A DNA stretch of 64,000 nt from an uncultured Gemmatimonadales bacterium (GTDB lineage: Bacteria; Gemmatimonadota; Gemmatimonadetes; Longimicrobiales; RSA9). Positions within the stretch are counted from its first letter, which is position 1; every line of letters starts with the position of its first letter. This document shows, one piece after another, positions 1 to 11,158 of the stretch. The stretch covers positions 1-64,000 of the forward strand of contig CAWCRS010000010.1 of the NCBI GenBank assembly GCA_963798085.1, read 5' to 3'. Both the position numbers and the translations under genes were made by a program. The notes beneath the pieces are model-generated. The model saw only the letters and a list, made by a program, of their open reading frames with translations. It searched no databases and was not told the DNA's origin.

Positions 1-356
1 CAACGCTTGGGCAAAGCGGCAGCGAGGTACCGCTCGGCGAGCTCAGCGGCCCAACTGCCATCCACCTGCGACAGCCTAATGAGGCCGACGTGCGGACAGC
101 GCTCGCGGGACGCGGCATTGAACCCGGCAGCAACCCACCAAGCGAGCACTGTCGAAAGCCGACCGGTCAGCGTCGAGCCATCCACGATATCGGCCGAAAT
201 CTGAGCACCGGCGTGCGATACGACGGACTTCGCCATCCGTGGTCGGCGTGATCCTCCGGCGACGCGCTGTAGCCTGCATCGAGGAAGTGCATTGCTGTCG
301 GGCGATTCTGGGCCGTTCGACAAGCTCAGAATCCCTCACGGGGAAGCCACTTTCGA

Positions 357-2312
357 TCATCCACAGGCCCGGCACCCACGCGACCTTGAATGTCGGGATA
401 GCGCATGCGACCGCGTGCGCACCCCTCCACCGCGCGCACCTGTGCCCAGCGACCAGGCTTGAATCAGCAAGGTTCTGCTCGGAAACTTGCGATGCGCGTC
501 CGCCATCCACTTGTCCAGCCACGTTCGCTTATTCCACCAGTCGCCGGTTTCTTCCCGTCGCTCAGGGCGTCGACAACATGCTATTGATGTAGGAATCCAA
601 ACCCGCGGTAAACCATGAGTTCCCGCGTGACGTCGTGTCGCGCGGCAGCAGGCGCTCCGCGTACCGGCGCAGAATGTATTTCGGCCCGGTTGCGTCGGAT
701 CTTCATGTGGCGGCGGCAGCGTGAGCGAGAACTCGACCAGTTCGTGATCGAGGAACGGGACGCGACCCTCGATGCCGCTGGCCATGGTCATCTCGTCCTG
801 CTTTATCAAGGATGTCGTCGGGCAGCCAGTGGTCGAACTGCAGGTGCAGCGCCCGATTCAGGAAGGGCGCGGCCGTGCTGTCGCCGCCGATCGTGTCCAC
901 TCTGCAGGGCCGTGGCCGTTCAGGGGTTGCGCCGGAACTCTCGTCCAGTAGAGGCCCGCGGTGTTGCTGTGCGTCGAACAGCGAGATCAGGTGCAGGTAC
1001 GCCTCGGGCAGGTGCTCGGGCTCCGACGAGCGCCTAGGAAGTCGAGGGACCTTGAGCTTGCCGCGCTCGCCCAGGCTCGCCGGATAATCGAAGGCAAAGG
1101 GTTCAGGACGTTCGCGGGCGTGGCGCGGAGCGCGGGTGCGAGCAGGCCGCGGCGCAGCGGACCGGGCACCGCGTGCGCCAGACGATTGCCCATCAGCAGC
1201 GCGCGATGGAACAGGTAGCCGCCCAGCGTCTCGTCCGCGCCTTCGCCTGTCAGCACCACCGTTACCTGCTTCTTGGCCTCGCGAGACAGCAGGTACATGG
1301 GGATGACGATGGCATCGCCGATCGGCTCATCCAGATGCCAGACAATGCGCGGCAGCAACGCGACGTCCTCCACGCCGCAGGCGATCTCCGTGTGCCGGCA
1401 GCCGAGCAGCTTTGCTGTCCTGGCCGCATCGGTCAGCTCGTCATGCTCGTAGTCGAAGCCGACCGTGAACGTGCGCACCGGCTGCTGCGTCAGCTTCGAC
1501 ATCGCGGCGACGATCACACTCGAGTCCAGGCCGCCGCTCAGGTATGCGCCCAGGGGCACATTGGAGATGAGGCGACGCTGGATGCTGCGCTCGAAGCGCT
1601 CCGCGAACTCCTCGAGGTAGTCGTCCTCACTGCGCGTGAACGGCCCCTCGTACAGCCGTGGCTCCCAGTACCGTGTGAACGTGGCGCGGCCATCGCGCAC
1701 CACCGCGTAGTGGCCCGCCGGGAACTTGCGGATCTCGCGGAACAGCGTGCCCGGCCCCGGCACATAACGCAGTGCAAGGTAGGCGTGGACGGCGGCGGGA
1801 TCGAGCGTGAGCTCCGTCGCCTGACAGGCCAGCAGCGATTTCAGCTCGGACGCGAACAGAAAGCGGCCGCGCTGCTCCATGTAGTAGATGGGCTTGATGC
1901 CGACGCGGTCCCTCGCCACCAGCAGCTGCTGCCGGCGCGCGTCCCACAACGCAAATCCGAACATGCCGATCAGCCGGCTCACGCACGCCGGCCCCAGGTC
2001 CTCGTACAGGTGCACGATGACTTCGGTGTCCGACTTCGTGCGGAACGTGTGACCGCGCGCGTGCAGCTCCTCGCGCAGCTCGCGGTAGTTGTAGATCTCG
2101 CCGTTCAGGATGACTTCGATCGAGCCATCCTCATTGGCGATCGGCTGGTCGCCGCTCGTCAGATCGATGATGGCCAGACGACGAAAGCCGAGACTGGTCT
2201 GGTCGCGAATCATCTCGCCGGCACTGTCCGGGCCCCGGTGATGGATCCGCTCCATCATCGCGTGCAGCAGCGCGTCGTCGCGAAAACCGGTGAAGCCGCA
2301 GATGCCGCACAT
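357..2312 (-). CDS. asnB: Asparagine synthase (glutamine-hydrolysing)-like amidotransferase; 3' third broken by several frameshifts
   Basis: Starts MCGICG (Ntn Cys) at 2312; HRGPD, NGEIYNY, ARDRVGIKPIYY, YLSGGLDSS, TGEGADE motifs. C-terminal pieces in other frames: WLPDDIL (703..900) and MASGIEGRVPFLDHELVEF (357..809). End coordinate approximate. Confidence 0.9.
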
Positions 2313-2314
2313 GC

Positions 2315-3992
2315 TCAGTTCAGCTCCAGCACGCGTTCCACGGTGACGCCTTCGCTCAGCTGCGCCGGATCGATGCGCCAGGCCTCGGCCGGTTCGCGCG
2401 AAGCGGACACCGCGTCCAGGTCGTTGTTCACGAAATAGCGCGACGATCCCATGTGGATCGTGGTGAAGAGCGCGCCGCGCTCGAGGCTGGTCAGGCTGCC
2501 CTCGTGATCGCCTTTCAGCTGGTCGCGGATGACAATGCGGTTCGCGGTCAGCTCGACCGTGCGCTGGAACGCGACGTCGAGCGTGCGCTTCCGGTAGATG
2601 AGAACGCGCACGAGCTGCTGCTTGAGCCAGCGACCGGCGCCGGCAAAGCGGCCGACCGTGAGACTGAACGCGCGGAACGCCAGGAAGCGCAGCGGGCTCA
2701 TCACCGGACGTGCCGCCTGCGCCAGCTTGCCTTCGACGACCACGTGGCCGCCATCCACGCGCACGTTCCGCTTCGTGTCCTGATACTGCGTCGATGCAAC
2801 CCGGCCGTTGAACGTGCGGCCGGCCCAGCCGCAGTCGCTGAGCAGCAGCCTGCGCGATGCGCGGTCCCAGACCTTCACCACGCCGCCCTTGGCCGTGCCG
2901 ATGTACGCGTCGTAGCGCGCGTGGCGGATGCGCGCAATGCCTGCGCCCGGATACCAGAGCAGCCCTTCCGCGGCATCCGGCTCGCACGGCTCGGCGCGCG
3001 CCGCGCCGGAAGCGGCCGCACGGTACGCAAACACGATGTTATTGAGCAGCGGGAAGTAGTTCCACGCATCCACGCCGGGCAGTCCCGCGGCGGCGGCACC
3101 CGGCACACTGTCGCGCATGCGCCCGGAGATCCAGGCAGCCCCGCCGTGGCGCGACGCAAACATGTCGAACGCCGCCGGATAGTACGTCTGCGTGTTGCGG
3201 CTGGTGTACTCGCCGCCCAGGCTGCCATCCGGATGGATGAAGTGCGCGAGGAACGTCATTGATCGCTCGATGGACGTGGCCAGCGCGTCGTCGCCTGACA
3301 GCTGCCAGAGCCGCGCGAGATAGAAGCTGCCGTGCGTCTGGTAGCCGGGGTCCGCGCCGCCATACTCGTCGTACCAGCCTTCCGGCGACTGCCGCTCCAG
3401 GATGCGATTCTGGAAATAGCGGCTGCGCCCCTCGAAGCGCGCATCGCCCGTGACGCGATAGATGTGGTACAGTGCGGCCGCGGCCGCGGCGAGGTGGTTG
3501 GAGAGGAAGCCGTGGGTCTCGTCGTTGTGCAGCAGCCAGCCGCCGGCGCGCGCCAGCGACTCGCGCGTGCGCGCCAGTGTCGCGGCCGGCACCATCGTCG
3601 CCCAGCATGTCCAGCGCTTCCGCAATGTAGAAGCTGCTGAACGAGGTTGCGGCCAGCGAGCGCTCGAACGGATACGCCTCGTCGAAGCTGCCATCACGAT
3701 GCTGGATGCGGGTCCACCAGTCGAGCGCCAGGCCGATCCACTCGAGCAGCGCGGGGTTGCCCACAAACGCGCTGTCAGGCAGATGCCGGGTGTAGAGGAA
3801 CGCGAGATAGCAGACGCCTTCCTGGAAGCGGGAGCCCGGGAAGTCCGTGAACTTCCACGCCCAGAACGTGCGGTCCATGCAGCCGGCCGTGCGACTGTTG
3901 CCATCGCGGTCCATGAAGCCGAGCACGCGCGGCGCCTCGCGCAACAGCATGTTTGCCAGTGTGGCGGTGTACTGCGCATCGCGCTCGTCCAC
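2315..3992 (-). CDS. Alpha/alpha-barrel (heparinase II/III-like) glycan-locus protein, one frameshift near 3592
   Basis: N-half in ORF 3039..3992 (GCMDRTFWAWKFTDFPGSRFQE), C-half in ORF 2315..4039 (SNHLAAAAAAL, QSPEGWYDEYGGADPGYQ, HPDGSLGGEYTSRNT); removing one G in GATGGTGCCG joins the frames. Fold call is inference from helical-repeat motifs and context. Confidence 0.6.
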
Positions 3993-3993
3993 G

Positions 3994-6201
3994 TCAGCCC
4001 ATGGTCTCCGCGGGCGGCACCTCGACCGGCGCGCCGCAATCGAGACTCCTGTGAATGGCGAAGGTCGCCGCGGTCACGCCCAGGATGCTGTCCACGCTCA
4101 TGGGCATGGGTCCGCCCGTGCGCAGCGCGTTCACGAACGCCGCCACCTCTTCTCCGTGACCCTTCGCCTGGTTCAGCAGACGATGGCGCTTGCGGCGGTT
4201 GCCCGAATACAGGGTCAGTGCGCGATAGTTGTCCAGCAGCGCACTGCGCTGGCCGCCAAACACCTCGAAGTATTCCTTGGCCAGACCGGGATCGCCATCC
4301 GCAAGGTAATGGATGGCGCCGACCGAACCGTCCGCCATGGTCAGCGTGATCGTCACACTGTCGCGACGGTGCGCCGGCTCGCGCGAGTAGCGGATCTCCT
4401 CCGCGTGCACGCGCACGGGCAGCGAGTCCGTCAGGTAACTCGATGTGTCCACGAAATGGCAGACCTCGCCCAGTACGCGACCACCGCCGTGCACCGGATC
4501 GAACACCCAGTTATCAGGCGAGAAGAGCCCGGCATTCACGCGGTAGCTGACGAACAGCGGATATGCGCGCTGCGCGAAAAAGCCGTGACAGCGGCGGGCC
4601 AGCGGCGCGAAGCGGCGGTTGAAGCCCACCATCAGGCGGGGATTCTCCAGCGACTGCAGCAGGCGGGCCAGCTCGCCAAAGCTCTCCTCCGTGATGGCCA
4701 GCGGCTTCTCCACGAAGACCGCCTTGCCGGCACGCAGCGCCGCTGCCACCAGGCCCGCGTGCTGGTCGTGCCGCGTGGCAATGAGCACGGCGTCGATGTC
4801 GGCGTCATTGATGACCTCCGCCGCATCGCTCGTGCAGTACTTCGCCTTGTAGACTTCGGCCACCTTGCGACTGGTGAGGCCGGTCGCCGTGCACACGGCA
4901 TTGATGCGCACACCGCTCTGCTTCGCGAAGGCCGGCAGCAGCACGGCCTTGGCGAACTGGCCCGCGCCGATCACGCCCAGACGGATCGTATCGAGACGCG
5001 CCGAAGTGCGCGGCGCAGACGCGGCCCCCGACCTCGCGCCATCCGCGGCGATCGGCACGCGTGCGGAAACCGCGGCATCGGCTGGATAGTCGAGCAGGAT
5101 GGCGATAGCGCGTTCGTTGTTCTCGCCCGTAACGAGCTGATAGGCCGGCTCGACGTTGTCGATCGGAAAGCGATGCGTCACCAGCGGCGCGACGCTGACC
5201 TGGCCCGATGCCATCAGCTCGAGGAACGAATGCATGTTGCGCTGCTCGGTCCAGCGCACGTAGGGCAACGGGTAGTCCTTCCCGTGCAGCTCGTAGGCCG
5301 GGTCGTAGCGGCCGGGTCCGTAGCTGCGGCTGACCACGAGCGACAGTTCCTTCTCGAAGTACGGCCGACGCTTGATCGCCATGCCCACATCGCCGACCAC
5401 GACGACGCGTCCCTTGAGCCGCGAGATATCGGCGGCATCGCCCAGCGGCCGGTCGGACTTCGTGGCCGCGCACACGAGCACAGCGTCCGCGCCCGCGCCA
5501 TCACTGAACGCGGCCACTGCGGGCCGCAGCGCGGACGGATCGCTCACGCCCTGATGCGCGCCCAGCTGCATGGCCAGCTCGACCTTGGCGGGATCGATGT
5601 CGTACGCCAGCACGCGCGCACCGGTGCAGCGCGCGATCTGCAGACAGATCTGACCCACGAGTCCGAGGCCCAGCACCACCACGCGCTCACCCAGCTCGAG
5701 CTGCGCGAGCCGCACACCCTGCATGGCAATGGCGCCCAGCGTGACGAAGCACGCATCGTCGAAGGAAAGGCCGGCGGGCAGTTTGGCCGCGAGATTGCGC
5801 GGCACGTAGTCGATCTCGGCGTGATTGGCGAAATTGAGACCCGCGCACGCCACGGCATCGCCCACCGCGAAGCCGCTCGCCTCCGCACCCACCGCCAGCA
5901 CCTCGCCGGCGCACGAGTAGCCCAGCGGAATCGGCGACGCGATCAGGTTGCGCACCACCTTGTACGTGTTCCAGTAGCCTTCCTGCTTCGCCTTGTTGAG
6001 CACCTTCCTGGCCAGGTCCGGCCGTTCCTTCGCCTTGCCGACAGGTGTCTTCTTCGCCAGTGCGATAACAGCGCGTTCGGTGCCGATGCTGATGAGCGAA
6101 CGGCGCACGCGCACCAGCACACCGCCCGGCTGCAATGCGGGCGGCGGCACATCGGCAACGCTCACGCGCCCGCTCTTGAGATCCTGGAGTACGGCCTTCA
6201 T
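3994..6201 (-). CDS. Bi-domain oxidoreductase (MDR/Zn-ADH-like plus Gfo/Idh/MocA)
   Basis: MKAVLQD start overlaps the upstream stop (ATGA); PLGYSCAG, GLGLVG, SRSYGPGRYDP; second domain IGAGQFA, VFVEKP, MVGFNRRFAP, GEVCHFVD. Confidence 0.92.
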   Translation of the reverse strand: MKAVLQDLKSGRVSVADVPPPALQPGGVLVRVRRSLISIGTERAVIALAKKTPVGKAKERPDLARKVLNKAKQEGYWNTYKVVRNLIASPIPLGYSCAGEVLAVGAEASGFAVGDAVACAGLNFANHAEIDYVPRNLAAKLPAGLSFDDACFVTLGAIAMQGVRLAQLELGERVVVLGLGLVGQICLQIARCTGARVLAYDIDPAKVELAMQLGAHQGVSDPSALRPAVAAFSDGAGADAVLVCAATKSDRPLGDAADISRLKGRVVVVGDVGMAIKRRPYFEKELSLVVSRSYGPGRYDPAYELHGKDYPLPYVRWTEQRNMHSFLELMASGQVSVAPLVTHRFPIDNVEPAYQLVTGENNERAIAILLDYPADAAVSARVPIAADGARSGAASAPRTSARLDTIRLGVIGAGQFAKAVLLPAFAKQSGVRINAVCTATGLTSRKVAEVYKAKYCTSDAAEVINDADIDAVLIATRHDQHAGLVAAALRAGKAVFVEKPLAITEESFGELARLLQSLENPRLMVGFNRRFAPLARRCHGFFAQRAYPLFVSYRVNAGLFSPDNWVFDPVHGGGRVLGEVCHFVDTSSYLTDSLPVRVHAEEIRYSREPAHRRDSVTITLTMADGSVGAIHYLADGDPGLAKEYFEVFGGQRSALLDNYRALTLYSGNRRKRHRLLNQAKGHGEEVAAFVNALRTGGPMPMSVDSILGVTAATFAIHRSLDCGAPVEVPPAETMG

Positions 6202-7193
6202 CCGCGCAGCTCTCCCTCGAGTTCTGTCGCCTGCTTCACCAGCTTTTGCGTGTCCGTCAGTGTGAACGAGCGCCGCACGCGTTCCAGCATGCGCCGGCAG
6301 GCGTCGCCTTTGCTCGCGCCGCTCCGGTGCGACAGCGTGTAAAGCCGCTGGCCCCACCCGCGCAGCATGGACGCGGGCAGCGCATCGGCGAAATCGATCA
6401 GGTGGAACAGCAATACGAGCGGCGCGGCCCCGTGTCGCGACACGCCCCAGTCGAAGTATCGGAAACCGAGCACCAGGCTGTACGACGCATGAAACGGGAA
6501 CGGCAGCGGCCGGTATGCGGGCAGCGTCAGCTCCAGCAGTCCCGCGCGATCAGCGGCGCGCCCGGACCGCCGCGCATTGCCCGACGGTGCCTCGGCGTGC
6601 ACTACCCCCGCGACGCCTGGAATCGTACGCACACCGCTGGTACGCCAGAACGCCGCGTCCAGTCCCGGCACCTCGCGACCCGGCAGAATCGACGAGTCCC
6701 ACGTGTAGCCTGCCTCCGCGGCCAGCGCCAGCGATTCCGCATCGATCGAGAAGAAGGGCGCCCGGAATCCCGCGGCGGTAACACCGAGTTCGCGCGCGAG
6801 GATGGCGCGGCTCTCGACCAGCTCGCGCCGCTTGCCCGCCTGGTCCAGCTCGCGCAGCGGCGTGTGGGTCACCGAGTGAGACGCGATCTCGTGGCCGCGC
6901 GCCACGATTTCCTTCAGCAGCGCCGCCTTGCGCGCGTCCGCCAGGTCCTCCGCGATCACGAAGAACGTGGCGCGCACGCCCAGTGCATCGAACACCTCGA
7001 GCGCGCGCGGCACACCCGTCTCGTAGACCGGGTCCACCGCTTCCCGCCAGGGCCAGCCGCGCAGGCGGAAGATGTGCGCGGCGCCGTCGAGGTCGAGGTG
7101 CACAACGCACGGTCGCTCCCCGCCCCTGCCGGCACGCGCTTCGTGCGCGTCGCTCATGCGCTCCGCTGTGTGCGTGACGGTCACCCGATCCAT
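6198..7193 (-). CDS. Polysaccharide deacetylase family protein
   Basis: HLDLD, ATFFVI, HEIASHSVTH, GFRAPFFS, WDSS motifs (NodB-like). Start uncertain (7193, 7184 or 7157). Confidence 0.85.
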   Translation of the reverse strand: MDRVTVTHTAERMSDAHEARAGRGGERPCVVHLDLDGAAHIFRLRGWPWREAVDPVYETGVPRALEVFDALGVRATFFVIAEDLADARKAALLKEIVARGHEIASHSVTHTPLRELDQAGKRRELVESRAILARELGVTAAGFRAPFFSIDAESLALAAEAGYTWDSSILPGREVPGLDAAFWRTSGVRTIPGVAGVVHAEAPSGNARRSGRAADRAGLLELTLPAYRPLPFPFHASYSLVLGFRYFDWGVSRHGAAPLVLLFHLIDFADALPASMLRGWGQRLYTLSHRSGASKGDACRRMLERVRRSFTLTDTQKLVKQATELEGELRG

Positions 7194-8270
7194 CGCGTGA
7201 CGGCGTGGCCCACCGCATCGACGACACGCAGTGGCAGCCGTTTCCACACGCCTTTGGCCAGACCATACCCCTCGAAGTAGCCGCCGGCCTCCGGCGGCTT
7301 CGTGCGCAGCGGCAGCACGTACGTGTGCACGGGCAGGCTGGGTCCGCCCCAGCCTTCCTTCCACTTGATCAGTCCCGCATCCGCCACCCACGTGATGCCG
7401 CAGTTGAAGCCCGTGCAGCCGCGCTCCGCCGCGTCGGTCAGCGCACGCCACCACAGCGCGGGCCCGGCATTCAGCTTCAGCGCTTCGCTCGTGCTGTGCG
7501 CACTGCAGCGCGCGAATGTCACGTGGTCATCGCCCATGACCAGCAGCCCGCCCACGGTGCGCCCTTCGTGCCGGGCGAGGTACAGTCGCCAGGTGTCGCG
7601 GGCCAGGTCGTGGAGTGCCTGGAAGAAAGGCCAGCCCGCCTGCGGCGCGCTCATGGCACGCCCGGTCTCGAGATACGCCCGCCGAAACGCGCGCAGCTCT
7701 TCGAGCGTCGTCGCCTCGACGATTTCCACGCCCTGCTTCGCCGCCTTGCGCACGCGCTGCCGATGTCCGTGCTCGGCCTGCGTCAGCTCCAGACCGTCGA
7801 GCGGAATCTGCGTGGTGACCAGCCCGGAGTCGACGTGCACGAAACCGAGTGTCAGCAGCTCGGGGGCGACGTCGTGATGCCGGATCTCGACGTACTTCGC
7901 GCCTTCCGCCTTCGCCTGCTCCACTGCCGCACGCACCAGTGCCAGACGGGTGTCTGCATTGGCGGTCAGCGGCAGGCCGCTGTACATCTGGTACGCCATG
8001 GCGATGACCTTGCTGCCCAGCAGCGGCAGGCGCATGACCGTCACCGGGAACACACCCGTGATGGTCTCGCCCTGCAGCGCCACGTGGTAGCGCTGCTCGT
8101 GGCCGTACGCGCTGCGCCAGCACGGCGCCCCATTCGGGCGCGTGGAACACGGTGCTGTCCGCCCGTTCTCGCAGAAACTGCCTGAGCGCTGGATGCTGAT
8201 CCTGCGTTAGCGTGGCGATGCGCATGGCGACAGGCTCCGGGCGGGTGACTCGCGGGCGCGTGGTGCTCAT
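7181..8270 (-). CDS. FemAB-like/GNAT-family peptidyl/acyl transferase, frameshift near 8115
   Basis: N-term MSTTRP...STVFHAPEWGAVL in one frame, continuing YGHEQRYHVALQGETITGVFP...YVEIR...RQRVRKAAKQGV...GLIKWKEGWG in ORF 7181..8083. Confidence 0.8.
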
Positions 8271-9316
8271 GAGGCGTGCGGCGCGCCTTCCTCGCGCATG
8301 CGCCGAGGCGCCGTGGCCTGGCCGCTCACGTACAGCGCCGCGCCCAGCGTGGCGAGGGGCAGCATGCCCACGCGCCAGAGCACCAGCAGCACGGCGCCAC
8401 CGTGGTAGCCCAGCAGGGCGAACAGCCGGTCGAACGCCGCTTCGCCCACGCCCATGCCGCCGGGCGTCAGCGGGATCGCGTTCGCTAACAGACCTGTCAT
8501 CGACAGCAGACACACCACGCGCCAGGGCGCCGCCGGCATGATCACGCTGGCCAGCACGATGTACATGGCGGCTGTGCCCATATGACCGGCGAACGAGATG
8601 AGACCGGCCAGCAGCACGGCGCGCTTGCGGTCGCGGAACTCGTGCACTGCATCGGCGGCGCGTTCCAGGTAGTGACGCAGCGGCAGGCGCTGCATGATCC
8701 ACCGGTAGAAGCCGCTGGCGCGCACCCGCGTCGACCATGCGAGCGCGCCCAGCAACAGGATCGCGCTCAGGGCACCCGCGGCCACCACCACAAGCGCCTG
8801 CAGCACCGGCTGGCTCGCGACGATGTCGTGGTTGTACGCCATCAGCAGCAGGACCAGGACGAGCACCGCGGACAGCGCAAGGACGCGGTCCACCACCAGC
8901 AGCGTCGCCACCTCGACGCCTCGCCGGCGGTTGTCCCGCGCCAGGTACCAGAGCTTCACGACATTGCCGCCCGTGCCGCCGGGAATGCAGAAGTTGAAGA
9001 AGTTGCCCACGGGCACCACACGATAGGCGGTCTGCCAGCTGAGCTTGAGGCCGGCCGCGCGGAACAGCACGCGCAGGCGCTCCGCTTCCACGGCCGCGCC
9101 GAAGATCGAGAAGCCCACCAGCACGGCCAGCAGCCAGGGCGCGGACAGCACAGGCGTGATCGCGCCCAGCCCGGTCCGGCTCAGCACCCAGGCCAGCAGC
9201 CCGAGCCCGAACGCGACCCGGAGCCCGGTCGACAGACGCTTCCACACAGCTTTCAGCGATACCTCCCGGAGCTTTGCGCGGCCCGCGGCCCCGATAAGGC
9301 CACGCACGCATGGCAC
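8267..9316 (-). CDS. Lysylphosphatidylglycerol synthase TM-domain (flippase-like, UPF0104) protein
   Basis: Multi-TM; FFNFCIPGGTGGNVVK, VDR, IPLTPGGMGVGEAA motifs. Real start probably near 9250. Confidence 0.85.
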   Translation of the reverse strand: MPCVRGLIGAAGRAKLREVSLKAVWKRLSTGLRVAFGLGLLAWVLSRTGLGAITPVLSAPWLLAVLVGFSIFGAAVEAERLRVLFRAAGLKLSWQTAYRVVPVGNFFNFCIPGGTGGNVVKLWYLARDNRRRGVEVATLLVVDRVLALSAVLVLVLLLMAYNHDIVASQPVLQALVVVAAGALSAILLLGALAWSTRVRASGFYRWIMQRLPLRHYLERAADAVHEFRDRKRAVLLAGLISFAGHMGTAAMYIVLASVIMPAAPWRVVCLLSMTGLLANAIPLTPGGMGVGEAAFDRLFALLGYHGGAVLLVLWRVGMLPLATLGAALYVSGQATAPRRMREEGAPHAS

Positions 9317-9860
9317 TTCCCGGCGCCGCTGGTCAACAAGAAACGGGCCCGCCCCGAGCGCGTTTTCGCGTCGCGCCGAGCCCCCCTTCCCCGGGGCGCC
9401 GCCACCGCTTCCGCGACAGCTGATGCGCTATCGCAACATGCGGCGGTGCGCGGATTTCCGCACGCTTCGCGATTCCGGGCAAACAAGTCCCGGCTACTCA
9501 TGGCGCTGACCCGGACTGCGCACCAGACCGGGAGGCCTGCCCCCCGGTGACGCGTGGCAGCCCGTTCGGCTAATTGCGCGCGATCCGCCCGATTGTGAGC
9601 CGATCCGTTTCCGGCGACCCCTGCAATTCGCCCGAGCGCTCCGGACGGCTCGAACCCTTGCGACGAGGCGGATTCCGGCATGGGGTCAGGCCGGCTGGCT
9701 ACTCCGTTCGCCGGACGGGCATTTCTTTCCCGATCCCGGGCTCGGGCAGAACGCAAAACATTCGCGTTCACAAGCACTTCCGGGCATGCACCCGAATTGC
9801 CCTGCGGTCTCCGCGCAGCCGCACTCCCGCGGCCTCCCCCGGCCAACCCAGGGACACCCG

Positions 9861-10643
9861 ATGATCAGGCTTTTCGCAAAAGGGCGCGTGGAAGGATCCG
9901 GAAAGCGCCTGGGCATTGTCGAGGAGCTGGAACTGCTGTGGCGCCGGAGCCGCCTGGCGCTCTTCGGAGTTCCGGTTCTCGTCGTCTTCGGGCTCGGTGT
10001 CGGTCAGCTGCTCAAGGGTGCACTGTCGCTGCGCGAAGGCGAGCCCGCCCGGGTTCTCAGCGCGGAGGAAAGGGCGGCACCCGATCTCGCCGATGTGAGC
10101 CAGGACGCGGAACGCGTGCGCAGTGCCGGCTTCCGCACCGCCGCGTTCGTCCACACCTACCAGGATGAAGTGGCGCCGGTCGAGCAGGTGCTGCTCAACC
10201 GCGGTGTGAACGGCAGCACGGCGCGGCAGGTCGCGTGGCCTCTGGTCGAGCAGTCGAAGGAGAACGGCGTCGACCCGGCGACCGTCCTCTCCGTCATGCT
10301 GATCGAGAGTGCGGGCAAGCCGGACGCGCGCAGCTCGGTAGGCGCGCGCGGCCTCATGCAGGTGATGCCCGCATGGGCGGGCTATTGGCGCGGCTGCGGC
10401 CGAAACCTCTTCGCCATCGAGGACAACCTCTGCCACGGCACGCGCATCCTCGCCCTCTACCTCGATCAGCATCGCGGCGACGAGCGCCAGGCGTTGCTCG
10501 GCTATAACGGCTGTGTGCGCGGCGTGAACACGCCCAACTGCCGGGCCTATCCCGAAAAGGTGGCGAGCGTACGGCGTGAGGTGCGCAGCGAGCTGGCGCG
10601 CGCGAAGTCGCGTTCCCATGCCCGCGCGGATGCCACGCAATAA
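9861..10643 (+). CDS. Lytic transglycosylase (SLT domain) with N-terminal membrane anchor
   Basis: VMLIES (catalytic Glu), SSVGARGLMQVMP, LLGYNG motifs. Confidence 0.9.
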   Translation: MIRLFAKGRVEGSGKRLGIVEELELLWRRSRLALFGVPVLVVFGLGVGQLLKGALSLREGEPARVLSAEERAAPDLADVSQDAERVRSAGFRTAAFVHTYQDEVAPVEQVLLNRGVNGSTARQVAWPLVEQSKENGVDPATVLSVMLIESAGKPDARSSVGARGLMQVMPAWAGYWRGCGRNLFAIEDNLCHGTRILALYLDQHRGDERQALLGYNGCVRGVNTPNCRAYPEKVASVRREVRSELARAKSRSHARADATQ

Positions 10644-10676
10644 CAGACCATTACGGACCCGAAGGCCTCCTGAACC

Positions 10677-10717
10677 GAAGGGCCGGATCGAAGCGCCCCG
10701 CTTCGCCCGGCCCTTTC
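10677..10717 (+). terminator. GC-rich hairpin/terminator after the SLT gene
   Basis: GAAGGGCCGG-ATCGAAGCG-ccc-CGCTTCG-c-CCGGCCCTTT followed by a short T tract. Confidence 0.6.
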
Positions 10718-10779
10718 TCATTGCAGCCGACGACGACCAGACCGCGTTTGTTCGGCATGGCATGGACAGGACCCACGGG

Positions 10780-10960
10780 CTATTGCACGCGGTCCAGCCG
10801 GTAAAGCCGGACCGACTCGACATCGAGTGCATCGCGATAGATGCCGAGAACGTAGTCCTGGCCGATTTCTGTGACATGGAGGTTGCCGGGCAGCGATCCT
10901 GTTCCTGACCAGATCCTGCCCGGATCGAATACGAGCCACGTTCGCGTCACAGAGCCGGCG
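10780..10960 (-). pseudogene. C-terminal remnant of a 6-bladed beta-propeller protein
   Basis: Manual translation: TWLVFDPGRIWSGTGSLPGNLHVTEIGQDYVLGIYRDALDVESVRLYRLDRVQ*; 5' part missing, cut at the SLT-end duplicate; absent from the ORF track. Confidence 0.7.
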
Positions 10961-10977
10961 GCCGGCTGGCGTACCCT

Positions 10978-11097
10978 CGCGGCGTGAATACGCCCAACTG
11001 CCGGGCCTGTCCCGAGAAGGTGGCGAGCGTACGTGAGGTGCGCAGCGAGCTGGCACGGGCGCGGGGTCGGTCGGTTCCGGCGGAGGCTACGCAGTAG
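10978..11097 (+). repeat. Diverged direct duplicate of the SLT gene 3' end (10518-10643), att-like
   Basis: CGCGGCGTGAAyACGCCCAACTGCCGGGCCTrTCCCGArAAGGTGGCGAGCGTACG...GAGGTGCGCAGCGAGCTGGC in both copies; they end GCGGATGCCACGCAATAA vs GCGGAGGCTACGCAGTAG. Confidence 0.9.
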
Positions 11098-11158
11098 GCG
11101 ACGATTCTACTCAGCACACGCGCCGTTCACGACGGTGGGTCGCATCCTTCCGCTCCCA

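Noticed and set aside
3847..6342. Long plus-strand ORFs (831 aa here; also 26049..28343 and 1173..2438)
   Set aside because: Antisense shadows of well-supported minus-strand genes, typical of high-GC DNA; no recognisable motifs.
9320..9860. ncRNA or riboswitch in the divergent intergenic region
   Set aside because: No recognisable motif, repeat or terminator-bounded unit; treated as promoter DNA.
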